This document shows positions 56,176 through 64,000 of a DNA stretch of 64,000 bases, piece after piece. Under the pieces are notes generated by a model. The model did not search any database, was not told the DNA's origin, and worked only from the letters and a program-made list of their open reading frames with translations. The stretch comes from a bacterium. Its GTDB lineage: Bacteria; Patescibacteriota; Minisyncoccia; Phycocordibacterales; UBA6899. Within the stretch, counting starts at the first letter, position 1. Every line of letters begins with the position of its first letter. Both the position numbers and the translations under genes were made by a program. The stretch is from positions 91,259 through 155,258 of the forward strand of contig JAYUQG010000024.1 of the NCBI GenBank assembly GCA_043756865.1. Direction: 5' to 3'.

Positions 56176-56652
56176 ATGAAAACTACGAGCACAACACAGC
56201 GTATTACCGTATTTTTCCTGCGCATATGCTTGGGGTGGTTTATGTTTTTTGCTGGTTTTGAGAAGGTGCTTGACCCCGCATGGACTGCCAAGGGCTTTCT
56301 TCTCGGTGCTAAAACTTTTCCTGACTTTTATGTGTGGTTCGCACTCCCCGCAAATACGTGGTGGGTAGATCCCCTAAATGCATGGGGGATACTTTTGGTT
56401 GGAGTTGCACTCCTCTTGGGACTAGGGGTGCGGCTTGCCTCATTGTGTGGCGCAGCACTCATGACCCTCTACTACTTCCCGCAAATTACGTTTCCGTATG
56501 TCCCGCATGGCTATATCGTCGACGACCATATTATCTACGCAGCGGCATTCATTTTTCTTGCGTTACTTCCACATAAAGAACATTTTGGTATCGGCAACGT
56601 CCTGCGCCGCACCCGCCTCGGACGTGTTCCCGTGGTTCGCTCACTCCTCTGA
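56176..56652 (+). CDS. DoxX family membrane protein
   Basis: The N-terminus ITVFFLRICLGWFMFFAGFEKVLDP is present in a 4-TM protein. Confidence 0.7.
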   Translation: MKTTSTTQRITVFFLRICLGWFMFFAGFEKVLDPAWTAKGFLLGAKTFPDFYVWFALPANTWWVDPLNAWGILLVGVALLLGLGVRLASLCGAALMTLYYFPQITFPYVPHGYIVDDHIIYAAAFIFLALLPHKEHFGIGNVLRRTRLGRVPVVRSLL

Positions 56653-56847
56653 TTGAGCCGCTGTGTGTATTTCACGCTCTTTTGTGGATTTCCGCGACGC
56701 AAAAACCTCACTTTGAGGTCGCGCGCACCTCGATAATAGTCAAGAAAGACAAGCCCGTTTTAAATATGTCCCAAAAGGAGGGGGGTGCTTGACCTGAGGC
56801 CACAGGACTCTGTTTAAACCTATTTTCCTAGCCAGAGCCCTGTAGGG

Positions 56848-56856
56848 TGGTATAAT
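56848..56856 (+). promoter_or_regulatory. extended -10 promoter element TGgTATAAT upstream of the SWIB gene
   Basis: It matches the extended -10 consensus exactly and ends 28 nt before the ATG. The -35 is weak. Confidence 0.4.
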
Positions 56857-56884
56857 GGATGGATTAATTAAACATCAGTAAAAC

Positions 56885-57175
56885 ATGCCAACAGCAAAAC
56901 CAGCAGCAAAAGCAAAACCAGCTGCAAAAGCAAATTCCGCGTTTATGAAACCGCTTGCAGTGAGCGAAGAACTCGCCGCAGTGGTCGGAACGGGCCCGCT
57001 GCCTCGCTCAGAAGTCGTCAAGAAACTCTGGGTGTATATCAAGAAGCATGATCTTCAGGATCCAAAAAACAAGCGCAATATCATCGCTGACGTCAATCTC
57101 CTCCCTGTATTTGGTGGAAAGGATGTGGTCAACATGTTTGAAATGACGAAACTCGTTTCAAAACATCTCTCATAA
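56885..57175 (+). CDS. SWIB/MDM2 domain protein with a Lys/Ala/Pro-rich N-terminal tail
   Basis: The tail is PTAKPAAKAKPAAKA. The SWIB pattern is LPRSEVVKKLWVYIKKHDLQDPKNKRNIIAD..L..VFG. Confidence 0.8.
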   Translation: MPTAKPAAKAKPAAKANSAFMKPLAVSEELAAVVGTGPLPRSEVVKKLWVYIKKHDLQDPKNKRNIIADVNLLPVFGGKDVVNMFEMTKLVSKHLS

Positions 57176-57264
57176 TTGCCATCTTACGGTAATGCACAAA
57201 TTGCTCCAATTGGAGCGATTTTTGTTACGCCTCGTTGGCGCAGATGTTGTGTTACCATGAATTT

Positions 57265-57777
57265 ATGAAGGAAAAGGTGTTTATTGTTGACTATGCATCC
57301 GGATTTCTTCCTGAGATTTGTGCCCCAGACCACATCTCGGTTGCGCGCACTCAAGCTGCACTTCGTGCCTTCCACGCATACCCCAATGCGAAGATTGTGC
57401 TTGGGGCGGGCCTTCGTGAGCGCACTATGGGTTGCGGTCCGCTTGCAGAAATGATGCATACCGCTCTCACTCTGCAGGGGATACCCGAGGATGCTATTTT
57501 AGAGAACGCACTTGGGCACGATACACTTTCGGAAACCGAAGCTGCATATGCGGTCATCGTGAAACAGGGAGGGGGAACAATAGTCTGTGCAACCTCGCGC
57601 TATCACATGCGCCGCGTGTGGTGTTTGTGGTTTTTTCGTTTCGGAATTACTCCAAAAATGTTCCCCGCGGAGATTCGTCCCAGTAGTCAAGAGCAATTTC
57701 GCGAGTATTGCAAGCTCCCTGTTGATTGTCTACGTGCATTAATCCATCGATTCACCAATGAAACCTCAAGCCAATAA
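57265..57777 (+). CDS. DUF218 (YdcF/ElyC-like) domain protein
   Basis: The pattern ...GHDTLSETEAAYAVIVKQGGGTIVCATSRYHMRRV is present. The start is uncertain (57235 TTG, 57244 or 57265 ATG). Confidence 0.6.
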   Translation: MKEKVFIVDYASGFLPEICAPDHISVARTQAALRAFHAYPNAKIVLGAGLRERTMGCGPLAEMMHTALTLQGIPEDAILENALGHDTLSETEAAYAVIVKQGGGTIVCATSRYHMRRVWCLWFFRFGITPKMFPAEIRPSSQEQFREYCKLPVDCLRALIHRFTNETSSQ

Positions 57778-58093
57778 GATTACCTTTTCGGAGCGTGTTG
57801 TGCGGCTTGCGCGCGCGATACCTGCCGGCCGCGTGACTACGTACGGACGTATTTCTCGGGCTGCTGGTGGCGGAGGCATGGCGGCACAAAGCATTACAAC
57901 TATTCTTAGCAAAGCGTGGGATGTGGGTATTAAAGATATTCCCTTTCATCGTATTGTGTATGCGAATGGGAGAATTTGGGTTGACGAAGCGCATCGCGCG
58001 AAACGCATGCAGCTCTACAAAAAAGAAGGAATTCTTATCGACAATCGTGACCGTGTTGTGCATTTTAACGACATTCTTCTTGAGTATAAGTAG
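57758..58093 (+). CDS. MGMT-family DNA-binding protein lacking the acceptor Cys (alkyltransferase-like, ATL)
   Basis: The pattern VVRLARAIPAGRVTTYGRISRAAG...IPFHRIV places F where O6-alkylguanine transferases have the PCHR cysteine. The protein is 111 aa. Confidence 0.7.
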   Translation: MKPQANKITFSERVVRLARAIPAGRVTTYGRISRAAGGGGMAAQSITTILSKAWDVGIKDIPFHRIVYANGRIWVDEAHRAKRMQLYKKEGILIDNRDRVVHFNDILLEYK

Positions 58094-58155
58094 CATGTTG
58101 CGAAACTGAGGTATCTGCCTATACTCATGAGAGATGTCAGTCACTGGAGTTTAAA

Positions 58156-58842
58156 ATGCAGTTTCGTCCTCAGACCATTCTGGCCTACGTGATGGTTGCC
58201 ATGGTTGCAATCTACTTATTCTTCCCTTCCACTTCACCTGAGATAGAAACGGTGGTGGTGCCGAGTCGCCCAGATACACAGACCTTGATGAATGAGTCAG
58301 TCATTCGCATCAAGGATTTCGAACTGACCGTCCGGCTTGCTGGAGGGCATGCAGAATTTCCCGCAGACCCAAACGAGCCTGATGGCGTGAAGGGTACAGT
58401 TGAGCTGCTCCCAATCGTCGCCAAGAAGGAGGTCATTGTCGGGGAGGGTGACCCACCGCGGAAGGCCACATATGTCTTTAGCGTCGCTGTGGTGAATGCA
58501 GGGGGGAGCGGAAGCTTCTCATATCTTCTGATGTACTACGATGACGGCAAATCGCTTGGCCACGTTGCCTCCGCCGGTCTTGGTGACCGCGTAGTTATCC
58601 AAGAACTGAAAGTGGGAGAGTTTCTGGATAGGGGAGGAGAAAACTTCCCTGTGATGGTCCGCATACTTGGGCGTGAAGAAGGTGGTGCAGGTGGAAGCCC
58701 TCCACAGGTTTCAAAAGTGCTCATCTTTCGAGTCAAAAAAGACTCAGAAACATTGACTCCTGAAGTTATGTCGCCACAGGTGGTTCCGTATGTTCCGGGT
58801 AATCCGACAATCCCACCGGCTCCACCGTTGGGCGGGGATTAA
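58156..58842 (+). CDS. membrane-anchored secreted hypothetical protein
   Basis: It has an N-terminal TM helix. No family was recognised. A terminator follows. Confidence 0.55.
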   Translation: MQFRPQTILAYVMVAMVAIYLFFPSTSPEIETVVVPSRPDTQTLMNESVIRIKDFELTVRLAGGHAEFPADPNEPDGVKGTVELLPIVAKKEVIVGEGDPPRKATYVFSVAVVNAGGSGSFSYLLMYYDDGKSLGHVASAGLGDRVVIQELKVGEFLDRGGENFPVMVRILGREEGGAGGSPPQVSKVLIFRVKKDSETLTPEVMSPQVVPYVPGNPTIPPAPPLGGD

Positions 58843-58844
58843 TC

Positions 58845-58872
58845 AAAACCGCGAAAGTATCGCGGTTTTTTT
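58845..58872. terminator. bidirectional rho-independent terminator between convergent genes
   Basis: aaaa-accgcga-aagta-tcgcggt-ttttttt. Confidence 0.75.
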
Positions 58873-58877
58873 ATATC

Positions 58878-59888
58878 TCAGAGAGTGTACGCGCCACCTT
58901 CAAAAATTATTTCGTCGTCGACAAGTACGCGGTCAACGACGGGGAAGAGGTCGACATGAAAGCGCGCTTTGTGTGTTACGATGCCCTCCTTTTTGTATAC
59001 GCTATGCTTTTCTCCAAGCGAAAGATGCTGCCCAAGAATTCGTTCAAACGCGGTAACGTCATCGATGTAGCGTTCGCGTGTAATGGCACGATTTAGTCCA
59101 AAGCCGATTTCGCGCACCAGGGGTCGCTCGTTTGCGGTGATGCTCGCAATAACTTCGGGAAATGATGCAGGGGCATTCTCCGCCCAGCCTATAACGACGC
59201 CTTCTTTCACATCTACGCGAAAGGGTTCGTGCATAGCAACTGAGAAGTCGCTTCCCGCATACGCATAGACGACGAAGGAGCCATTCATTTGTGCAAAGTC
59301 GCGACTTTCAGTAAATACTTCTCCGATAGGGAATGTGCCGCCGATGTTCTCCATACCCGCATAGTCACCAAGATTTGGTTTCGGGGTTTCAAGCCCCCCT
59401 GTCACCACAAGTGCATGTGTGCCCGCTTCGATGCGCAGCACTTTGCAGTTGGCCAGCTTTGTTTGGAGCTTCGGTCCGATGACTCGGTACCACGATGGGT
59501 CATAGGCAAGCGCGTTGATATACACATCCCACACCTCTTCTTTGTTGCGATAGAGATGGGTGTGCTCGATAACCTTTAGCTTGAGTTTAAAGAGATGCAG
59601 ACGTATGCGAAAGTCATCCAGTCGGAAACTCGAGGTTTGGATAAGCACAACAAGGTCGCGCGGACTGAGTCCGTCGAATGCGGCAATCACTTCCTCCTTT
59701 GTCACCGTATCGAAGTCGATAAACTGTGCGTGAGGTAGCACGGTGCGATATGCAGCAGTCAGAATGTCTGTAAGACCATTTTGGGTGTCATAGACGACAA
59801 GTGCCCGCTCGGGGCTCTTGTGTTCGAGTGCAAGGGTGACCATGTCGCCGATATTCTTTGTTGCGAGCTGGAGCAGTTCCGCGTTCAT
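58878..59888 (-). CDS. aminopeptidase, M29 (aminopeptidase T/AmpS)-like
   Basis: The C-terminal pattern REIGFGLNRAI...ERILGQHLSLGEKHS...HVDLF resembles the M29 E.G.G.N...EK..G..H.A.G...H.D arrangement. The call is motif-level only. Confidence 0.55.
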   Translation of the reverse strand: MNAELLQLATKNIGDMVTLALEHKSPERALVVYDTQNGLTDILTAAYRTVLPHAQFIDFDTVTKEEVIAAFDGLSPRDLVVLIQTSSFRLDDFRIRLHLFKLKLKVIEHTHLYRNKEEVWDVYINALAYDPSWYRVIGPKLQTKLANCKVLRIEAGTHALVVTGGLETPKPNLGDYAGMENIGGTFPIGEVFTESRDFAQMNGSFVVYAYAGSDFSVAMHEPFRVDVKEGVVIGWAENAPASFPEVIASITANERPLVREIGFGLNRAITRERYIDDVTAFERILGQHLSLGEKHSVYKKEGIVTHKARFHVDLFPVVDRVLVDDEIIFEGGAYTL

Positions 59889-60065
59889 ACCAAGAGCCTA
59901 TCGTAAATATATTGAAATACCAAATTTATTTTGTTCAACAAAAAACCCGACATTGGCGTGGATGTATCACGGTTTCCCTGAGGAGTGATCTGGGAACTGC
60001 TGTTCAGCTATAACACACTTGCTTGACTGGCACACACATTCATGTTATTTTAAAACCAGTAACAC

Positions 60066-60656
60066 ATGACAACACTTCCCGATTTATCGATAGGAACACA
60101 AATGAGTTTTGAACAAATGGTGACTGCAGTACGCGAACTTGGTGACAATGGCGCCTATATCGGCCGGCTTTGCCCTCCGCATTTGGGGCACCTCTATCTC
60201 GCCGACCTCCTGCTTCAGGCGTTTCCCAGCACGCACATGATTGGGGTCGGAAGTTGCAACGAGAAGGTTTCGTTCAAGCACCTCTTCAACTACGGTGATA
60301 AGCGCGATGTGTTGCGCCTCGTATATCCACAAGCGACGATTCTCCCAGTTCCCGACTTCGGCAACGATGCGCTCTGGTTTTCCGCCATCGATGACCAGTT
60401 GAGTGCAATGGGAAGAAATCCCAAGGACACCGTCTTCATCGGCGGGTGCGAAGAAGAAGTTGAGTTCTACTACAAGGCTGGGCGAAAGGTCTTCATCGTG
60501 AATCGCTTCGGGGGGCTCACCACCAAGGTGAGCGGCACTGAAGTACGCGACGCACTCATCGAAGGGAGACCACTTGATGGAATGCTCCATCCAAGCACAA
60601 TTCCACTTGTGAAAGAACGTTTCGTGTTGCGCTGGGAAGAATTGCGCAGCAAATAG
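60066..60656 (+). CDS. nicotinamide-nucleotide adenylyltransferase-like cytidylyltransferase-family protein
   Basis: It has the (H/T)xGH motif in GAYIGRLCPPHLGHLYL and the distal SGTEVRDAL motif. ATG 60102 is an alternative start. Confidence 0.6.
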   Translation: MTTLPDLSIGTQMSFEQMVTAVRELGDNGAYIGRLCPPHLGHLYLADLLLQAFPSTHMIGVGSCNEKVSFKHLFNYGDKRDVLRLVYPQATILPVPDFGNDALWFSAIDDQLSAMGRNPKDTVFIGGCEEEVEFYYKAGRKVFIVNRFGGLTTKVSGTEVRDALIEGRPLDGMLHPSTIPLVKERFVLRWEELRSK

Positions 60657-60667
60657 CAAACAGACAG

Positions 60668-60693
60668 CACCCGCATGATGCGGGTGTTTTTTT
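60668..60693 (+). terminator. rho-independent terminator
   Basis: cacccgca-tga-tgcgggtg followed by ttttttt. Confidence 0.8.
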
Positions 60694-60720
60694 GTGTACA
60701 AAATAACACGCCTTGGCGTG

Positions 60721-61365
60721 TTATGTAATTACGATGCGCAGATTTTTTCCCGTTCTCTGTGCATGCCCGACTACTTTCTCACCGATATATATCATCGTGT
60801 CCGCAAGTGTGGAACAAACAAAAAACGCACTTGCGATATATTCTTGAAACATGAAGAGCGTTGCAGTTTCGATGCGGGAGTACTGCCTGTGCAGATACAT
60901 GTGGTACAGGGAGAGTCGGTGGGGAAGCCAGCCTGGCGCAATCCTCCGTTCTGCCAAGAGGTCAATTTCGAATTGCATCGATTCCCCCGTGTCTTCGCAC
61001 GGACGCGATATTGCCTCTTTCGGAAGCGTAATCGTGAGTGCCGTCGCAGGAGAGTGGGCGAATGACTTCAGCACAGTTTCAAATGCGGTATGGTGACATA
61101 GAGTTCCGGTGTGCCCGACAATCGTAAGTTCGGTGCAATCGGCAAGGATTTGTCGCGTAAAGTCCTCGTGCATTTCACCAAGTGACGAACGTTGGTGCTG
61201 CAGGGTGTCGCTTTTGCGTAAGTACGTGAACGCCTCGGCTCGGTTGAGAATGACGAAGATGTCTCGTTCGTCATACTGTGTAACGTGAGCGATAATTGCA
61301 GCTCGCGTGAGGTGCATTGTGTCGTAGCGGGTTTGCGGATGCACCACGAGAAGTTTCTTTCCCAT
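60721..61365 (-). CDS. hypothetical protein (weak isochorismatase/cysteine-hydrolase-like pattern)
   Basis: AGAGAGGA lies 2 nt (ct) before the ATG. LTIVGHTGTLCHHTAFETV resembles the l.i.G..t..CV..TA motif. The assignment is weak. Confidence 0.5.
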   Translation of the reverse strand: MGKKLLVVHPQTRYDTMHLTRAAIIAHVTQYDERDIFVILNRAEAFTYLRKSDTLQHQRSSLGEMHEDFTRQILADCTELTIVGHTGTLCHHTAFETVLKSFAHSPATALTITLPKEAISRPCEDTGESMQFEIDLLAERRIAPGWLPHRLSLYHMYLHRQYSRIETATLFMFQEYIASAFFVCSTLADTMIYIGEKVVGHAQRTGKNLRIVIT

Positions 61366-61440
61366 AGTCCTCTCTTAACAAGTCTGTCATCAGAAAACAC
61401 CCACAGTGCTACTTTTGCAAGTTTGCGCGAAGCACACAAT

Positions 61441-61460
61441 AAAAAAGCCCCCTAGGGGGC
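61441..61460 (-). terminator. rho-independent terminator (minus strand)
   Basis: The minus strand reads gccccc-tagggggc followed by tttttt. Confidence 0.65.
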
Positions 61461-61479
61461 TTTGTGTACAAAAGTAGAT

Positions 61480-62733
61480 TCAGTCTTTCCCGACTTCGCG
61501 AAGCATCGGTGCTTCGGCTGGGCCAGTCGGGGTGGGGGTGCCACCACGGCGAGAGACAACTTCGTCTTCGATTCTGTTCTTGGCTTCGATATTGTCGTAG
61601 ATGTAGCCGAAACGCTTCAGGAAGGCGTTGAAGACATCATGCAGGATGCGCAACGTGATGATCTTGCGGATTGCGCGCAGGCCCATGCTGAAAGGCCAGA
61701 AGAAGACCCACAGGAACAGTTGCCCCTTGTGTTCGTTCTTCGTCGTGGGGCTACGCTTCGTTGCCTTGCCGATGATGTAGTCGCTGAACTCGGGAACGAG
61801 GACGGTTTTCTCGGGCGTCGAACGACCAAGTTGCTGCGACCAGTACTTCAGGTCTTCGTCGGTGAAGGGGGCGTCTTCGGCTCCCTCTGCTTTCGTGAAC
61901 GCAGCCCTGAGTCTGTTTTCTTCGTCAGAGATGGCTTTCAGACCATACTGCACATCTTGCGAGTTGAAACTGCCCATCGAGACAGCCTTGGTGGGCAAGG
62001 GGTCATCTTTCGACAGTCCCGTACCCTTGCGGAAGTCCGTGCGCAGCTTGACCAGTGCGTCCATGCTCTCCTTGAGTTGGAGCGCCAGTTGCGTCTTGGT
62101 CTCGGTGAAGAGTTCGTGCAGGAAGGCACTGAAGTCTTTCCAGCGGTACACGCTCCAGCCGATGCCGATGGCCACCCAGATGGCGATTGCAGGCGCTGCC
62201 TTCCATGACATCAGCGTTTCCCAGATGGGAAGACCACCGTAGTTCAGGAATGCGAGCATGCCGACGAAAATCAGGGTTGTGGCGAACTCGTGCGTGTCGA
62301 TGCGCTCGCGCTGTCCGCGCTTGCTTTCACGCCAGAACCACCCGATACGCGAGTCGGAATATTCCGACAAGATACCGATTGCAGCCATGGGAATGAAGAG
62401 CACGAGGGCAAACGCGAGCCAGCCGATGGTGCCCATGCCGACCAAGAGCCAGCCACCCGCAAAGAGTGCGCCGAATGCAGCGGTGACACCAACGAACAGG
62501 CCTTTGAGAAAGCCGGTGTTTTCAGATTGCGCTGTGGTTGTTTCCGCGGCGACGCGGACGACGGTTTCAGGTGCGCGGGAGGGTGTGGACTGCGCAGCAG
62601 TACCCGATGGTGTTTGCGCATTTGCCACGACGGTAGCCGTTGCAACAGTACTTGCTGTCGTCGCGTCAGCGGGCGGTTTGAAGACAAACCATCCTGCTAT
62701 CGCAAGAACTATTACGAAAAACAAAGTCTTCAT
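61480..62733 (-). CDS. hypothetical multi-TM membrane protein in a visibly G+C-rich segment
   Basis: The 417 aa protein has the signal/TM sequence MKTLFFVIVLAIAGWFVF and a T/A-rich linker. Further features are several TM helices and a minus-strand terminator. The long plus-strand ORFs here are read as GC-driven shadows. Confidence 0.6.
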   Translation of the reverse strand: MKTLFFVIVLAIAGWFVFKPPADATTASTVATATVVANAQTPSGTAAQSTPSRAPETVVRVAAETTTAQSENTGFLKGLFVGVTAAFGALFAGGWLLVGMGTIGWLAFALVLFIPMAAIGILSEYSDSRIGWFWRESKRGQRERIDTHEFATTLIFVGMLAFLNYGGLPIWETLMSWKAAPAIAIWVAIGIGWSVYRWKDFSAFLHELFTETKTQLALQLKESMDALVKLRTDFRKGTGLSKDDPLPTKAVSMGSFNSQDVQYGLKAISDEENRLRAAFTKAEGAEDAPFTDEDLKYWSQQLGRSTPEKTVLVPEFSDYIIGKATKRSPTTKNEHKGQLFLWVFFWPFSMGLRAIRKIITLRILHDVFNAFLKRFGYIYDNIEAKNRIEDEVVSRRGGTPTPTGPAEAPMLREVGKD

Positions 62734-62883
62734 GTCTCAATCTCTCTTTCTCACTGTGTTGTAAAGAAGGGCCTCCGTAATAACTACTACGTTTTATAAA
62801 ATTGTCAAGCGTCTCTGTTGGGAGCATGTGTTTAATTTTTCAAAATCACTTATAATAGAGTAAATCACTTAACCTCATCTACT

Positions 62884-63090
62884 ATGAATAAAACAACCCT
62901 TATTGGGATACTGCTATTTATCGCACTTTTGCTTGTCGGGGCATTAGGGTTTCTTTTGTTTGGCTCGTCGGGCAGCGACGAGGCTCGCGCGTGTACCGAA
63001 GAAGCAAAACTTTGCCCAGATGGAAGTGCTGTTGGCAGGACTGGCCCCAATTGTGCATTCGCTGTATGTCCCGAAGTCTCAAAGCTGTAG
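62884..63090 (+). CDS. small secreted Cys-containing protein (68 aa)
   Basis: It has a signal anchor MNKTTLIGILLFIALLLVGALGFLLF and the four-Cys motif ACTEEAKLCPDGS...GPNCAFAVCP. Confidence 0.5.
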   Translation: MNKTTLIGILLFIALLLVGALGFLLFGSSGSDEARACTEEAKLCPDGSAVGRTGPNCAFAVCPEVSKL

Positions 63091-63190
63091 GTTTTTGACA
63101 TTGCAGATGGTACGGAAATCAAGTGGAGATTTGACGGAGTACTGCCCACACTTATACTGCACTTAGTTGGTACAACATCTTGGAGGTCGA

Positions 63191-63961
63191 ATGACCGAAG
63201 CTATAAATGTGCGCATTCCCGACCTTATCACTCCGAAAACGGATGAAGACTTCTTTGCAATTGGCAGGTTGCTCTTGCCACGCTCGACGTGCTTGAAGAC
63301 TCAAACTGCTGCGCTTATCGTGCAGGACGGTGTCATCGTCTCGTACGGGTACAACATGTGCTGTCCGCAGGGGCAACTTTACGGCATGCCCGTAGCGCAC
63401 TGTCCTCGTGTGGACACGAAGACGGGTACCGCATATGCACTTTGCAAGCCGATTCATGCTGAGGTGGTTGCAGTCTTAAACGCATTTGGTATTAGCCACG
63501 CAGAACGCACATCGCTCTGGCATTTCCCTGGGCATCTGGTGAAGCTTTTTCAGTACAAAGACTACTTCAGGGGTAAGGCGACGTTATACTTGCTCGGTCA
63601 CTACTGGGCGTGCGAGGAGTGTGTTGCCTTTCTCAAGCTCATTGGAATAACGGAAATAAAGTTTGATGACCTCTCTGGCAATGCAACGCTCTCGACATAT
63701 GCCAGAGCAGGGCTGACTGGTACCGAAAGCGGCTGTGTCACTTCGGGGACGCTGCTTATGGGTGTGGTATCCGTTACGCTCACACCTACGGCAAGCGAAA
63801 GCGAACTCTGCGCACGCCTCGGCCTCACCACAGGGCTCTGTCTACCTAAAGAAACAGGTGTTGCACTCCTGCGGGTTCCTGCCGGGACAGAGTTTGAGTG
63901 GGCGAAGCTCCTCGCAACCGATGCTTCCGTCATTGAAGCAAACTTGATTTATCGGCACTGA
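63191..63961 (+). CDS. dCMP/cytidine deaminase zinc-binding family protein with a ~100 aa C-terminal extension
   Basis: GGAGG lies 4 nt before ATG 63191. The motifs are HAEVVAV and YWACEECVAF (HAE...CxxC). Confidence 0.75.
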   Translation: MTEAINVRIPDLITPKTDEDFFAIGRLLLPRSTCLKTQTAALIVQDGVIVSYGYNMCCPQGQLYGMPVAHCPRVDTKTGTAYALCKPIHAEVVAVLNAFGISHAERTSLWHFPGHLVKLFQYKDYFRGKATLYLLGHYWACEECVAFLKLIGITEIKFDDLSGNATLSTYARAGLTGTESGCVTSGTLLMGVVSVTLTPTASESELCARLGLTTGLCLPKETGVALLRVPAGTEFEWAKLLATDASVIEANLIYRH

Positions 63962-63965
63962 CGCT

Positions 63966-63990
63966 ACCGGCACAACACTGTGCCGGTTTT
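63966..63990 (+). terminator. rho-independent terminator
   Basis: accggcaca-acac-tgtgccggt followed by tttgcttt. Confidence 0.7.
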
Positions 63991-64000
63991 GCTTTGCAAA

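Noticed and set aside
61462-62799. Long plus-strand ORFs (248, 168, 169, 126 aa) overlapping the minus-strand 417 aa gene
   Set aside because: They are Arg/Ala/Gly-rich low-complexity translations typical of antisense frames in G+C-rich DNA. They have no RBS and no terminator on that strand. The minus-strand reading has membrane-protein features and a terminator.

Overview
The gene content and architecture suggest a small-genome, roughly 50% G+C bacterium of the Candidate Phyla Radiation (Patescibacteria/Parcubacteria-like). This placement is inference only. I did no database search and computed no statistics. The clearly readable content has four parts. (1) A type IV pilus operon: the pilC 3' end, a major pilin, the pilD prepilin peptidase and four minor pilins. 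(2) Housekeeping genes: ligA, gatC, gatA, a class A PBP, prfB, ftsE, ftsX, pyrG, a Pif1/RecD-like helicase, and dCMP deaminase, NMNAT and RdgB-type enzymes. (3) Six tRNAs: Asp-GTC, Met-CAT, an initiator-like Met-CAT, Thr-GGT, Thr-CGT and Gln-CTG. (4) Many small DUF-type and membrane or secreted proteins. The standard genetic code applies, because TGA ends well-conserved genes and an RF2 gene is present. There is no rRNA, CRISPR array, transposase or integrase. The parts most worth a second look are listed here. (a) An A+T-rich accessory segment sits next to tRNA-Gln (about 35990-39835) and is punctuated by reiterated copies of the tRNA 3' end. Its cargo is an XRE regulator, a DUF2726 nuclease-like protein and a translationally coupled UDG-like/unknown gene pair. 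(b) A three-copy family of 120-180 nt repeats has terminal inverted repeats identical to the tRNA-Gln T-arm. One copy lies inside a tRNA operon spacer, and an internal hairpin shows one compensatory base change between two copies. (c) Two near-identical orphan promoter-hairpin-terminator units (candidate ~55 nt sRNA) bracket an unmistakable sbmA/bacA-type transporter gene. (d) ftsE and ftsX are separated by a 2.3 kb insertion. (e) A 915 aa secreted LCAT-like alpha/beta hydrolase is present. (f) Several gene-decay events are visible: a collagen-like gene with two +1 frameshifts, rdgB frameshifted in a G7 run, and an esterase fragment. All functional calls rest on motif-level recognition in the supplied translations. 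Coordinates of RNA features and repeats were derived by hand from the sequence.
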